From positions 1 through 27,796 of the forward strand of contig JAPYUD010000001.1 in the NCBI GenBank assembly GCA_029936215.1: a stretch of DNA of 27,796 nt. The letters run 5' to 3'. Below, one piece after another: positions 26,564-27,796 of the stretch. The translations under genes and the position numbers were made by a program. The notes beneath the pieces were generated by a model. That model was not told the origin of the DNA and did no database searches. It worked only from the letters and a program-made list of their open reading frames with translations. This DNA is from Pirellulaceae bacterium (GTDB lineage: Bacteria; Planctomycetota; Planctomycetia; Pirellulales; Pirellulaceae). Position 1 is the stretch's first letter; each line of letters starts with the position of its first letter.

Positions 26564-27307
26564 TCAGGCAGCCCGGTTCAGCAGCGATTGAGATGTGATT
26601 CGCGGAGGTTGCATCTGTACCTGGCGAGACAACTGCTGCAAGGTCAGGCATCCGAGCGAGTCATTTTGGTGGCGATTCGCCACGCATCTGAGGATCGTTT
26701 CAAGCATCCCCCGGTTGAGCAGTTCATCCGCCTGGAGCAAAAGATGCACGATACCTCCACGCCGCGAACATCGTTGGATCAGGCGGCGGATATTCATCGT
26801 TGTCCACCAGCCAATATTCAATCGTCCTGTCAGCCGCCTGGCCGGCGGTGCTTGCCAGACTCCAAAACGCAATGACCGGGGCTTCCGGCAATGAATCTCT
26901 GGACCTCCCGTGGTGGAGTCACAACGGACCATCGAGATGCGGTGCTTAACCAGCAGATCGAGATGGTCAAACAGGTCCACCTTGTCCAGCGCCAGCGTTG
27001 TCACATGGGCTCGCTCATCGCGGAAACCTCGCATCCGTTCAACCAGTGCCCGGTAGAAGGTGCGGCGACTATTTTCCCCTGGTAACCACGTGGCATCTCC
27101 CAGGACCGCTACCTCGTGGCTCACTCCGGACTCACGTGCAAAGGAACTCACCAGGCGAGCATGTTTCAGGCCAGTAGCCCAGGTTGCAGGGAGGTGTTGC
27201 GAATTGAACAGCTCAAAGAGTTCCCTGACCCGGGACCCCTCAACGCCCTGGTCTGGAATATCCACCGAGAAAACGACACAACCAGGATCCAGCTGCTGTT
27301 GGAACAT
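26564..27307 (-). CDS. Hypothetical protein with a degenerate polysaccharide-deacetylase (NodB/CE4)-like pattern
   Basis: VVFSVD, LF..F....LPATW, HEVA and late GIVHL motifs match the NodB barrel strand pattern. GGAGG SD 8 nt before the ATG. The fold call is by eye only. Confidence 0.6.
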   Translation of the reverse strand: MFQQQLDPGCVVFSVDIPDQGVEGSRVRELFELFNSQHLPATWATGLKHARLVSSFARESGVSHEVAVLGDATWLPGENSRRTFYRALVERMRGFRDERAHVTTLALDKVDLFDHLDLLVKHRISMVRCDSTTGGPEIHCRKPRSLRFGVWQAPPARRLTGRLNIGWWTTMNIRRLIQRCSRRGGIVHLLLQADELLNRGMLETILRCVANRHQNDSLGCLTLQQLSRQVQMQPPRITSQSLLNRAA

Positions 27308-27596
27308 CTCCTGGCCCTCCGACCAGCCAATGACTCATATAGATCTGCCGGTTAGGGTCCAAAGGAAACTGGGACACTCAAACCAGCAGTAACTTGGTGT
27401 AAATCATCGACCCGACAGGCTCTCCTGCTGTAGTGACAATCTCATTCACTGCCATCTCCACGACTACCGTTTCATACCAACTGGGGCGACTTTAACGGTT
27501 AGGTTAACTATCCGGGTTACATCCCTGCAGTTTCCCACTGCCACCCGCTGCCAGCATGTTGTAAAAGGCTAATCTACTTCGATATTCTAATTGTCG

Positions 27597-27602
27597 TATA
27601 AT
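27597..27602 (+). promoter_or_regulatory. -10 element TATAAT for the rightward transcript
   Basis: Perfect hexamer in an AT-rich intergenic stretch, about 94 nt upstream of ATG 27696. Confidence 0.5.
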
Positions 27603-27695
27603 GAAATTAGAGTCCTCTTTTGCTCCCGATCCCAGATGCTGGGAAAGTAAACGAGGACCTCTCTTGGGTTCCGTCATCCGCTGCAGGCAGAAAAC

Positions 27696-27796
27696 ATGAT
27701 CTCCACAGAGGACAAAAAGAACGTACTGGAAGGCCCGGTAACCGCGATGTTCGAGTCCATCGATAACCCGGATGTCGTAAGTCCAACCAGGGGTTC
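27696..27796 (+). CDS. Possible 5' end of a CDS running off the window (MISTEDKKNVLEGPVTAMFESIDNPDVVSPTRG...)
   Basis: 33 open codons to the edge, downstream of TATAAT and a structured leader. Product not recognised. Confidence 0.4.
   Translation, partial: MISTEDKKNVLEGPVTAMFESIDNPDVVSPTRG

Noticed and set aside
27745-27762. GTTCGAGTCC, resembling a tRNA T-loop
   Set aside because: No acceptor, D or anticodon arms can be built around it, and it lies inside the probable terminal ORF.
27510-27773. 10-bp inverted repeat ATCCGGGTTA / TAACCCGGAT about 245 bp apart
   Set aside because: A single 10-mer match is compatible with chance. There is no transposase or target-site duplication to suggest a MITE.

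Overview
A GC-rich, gene-dense window that reads as core chromosome of a Planctomycetota bacterium (Pirellulales-like; this is inferred from protein style, not from a marker gene). It holds 26 well-supported or plausible CDS plus a possible partial ORF at the right edge. Left to right: a 5'-truncated vWA protein, a conserved hypothetical, a transglutaminase-like lipoprotein, a Nudix/Ap4A-type hydrolase, a PD40/TolB-like propeller, a PduO-type adenosyltransferase, amt-glnK(PII)-glnD, a cyclophilin, a sialate O-acetylesterase, ggt, mutM, trpB-trpA, a hypothetical, mocA-like/xdhC/ABM/trpE on the minus strand, mcsA-mcsB, coaD, a class V PLP enzyme, a 60-aa two-TM protein and a degenerate deacetylase-fold protein. 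I found no rRNA, tRNA, CRISPR array, transposase, integrase or frameshifted pseudogene. I cannot support a clearly new multi-gene system from this sequence alone. The best leads are: (i) mcsAB without ctsR or clpC, with a strong sigma70 promoter, an operator-like palindrome over its -35 and an 18-bp leader hairpin; (ii) other structured 5' leaders (amt, the terminal ORF, the small membrane protein); (iii) an amt-glnK-glnD operon whose GlnD has a variant NTase motif; (iv) trpE-ABM-xdhC lying in one reading frame and linked to a MocA-like gene; (v) several conserved uncharacterised proteins. All RNA folds and motifs were paired or read by eye, not computed.
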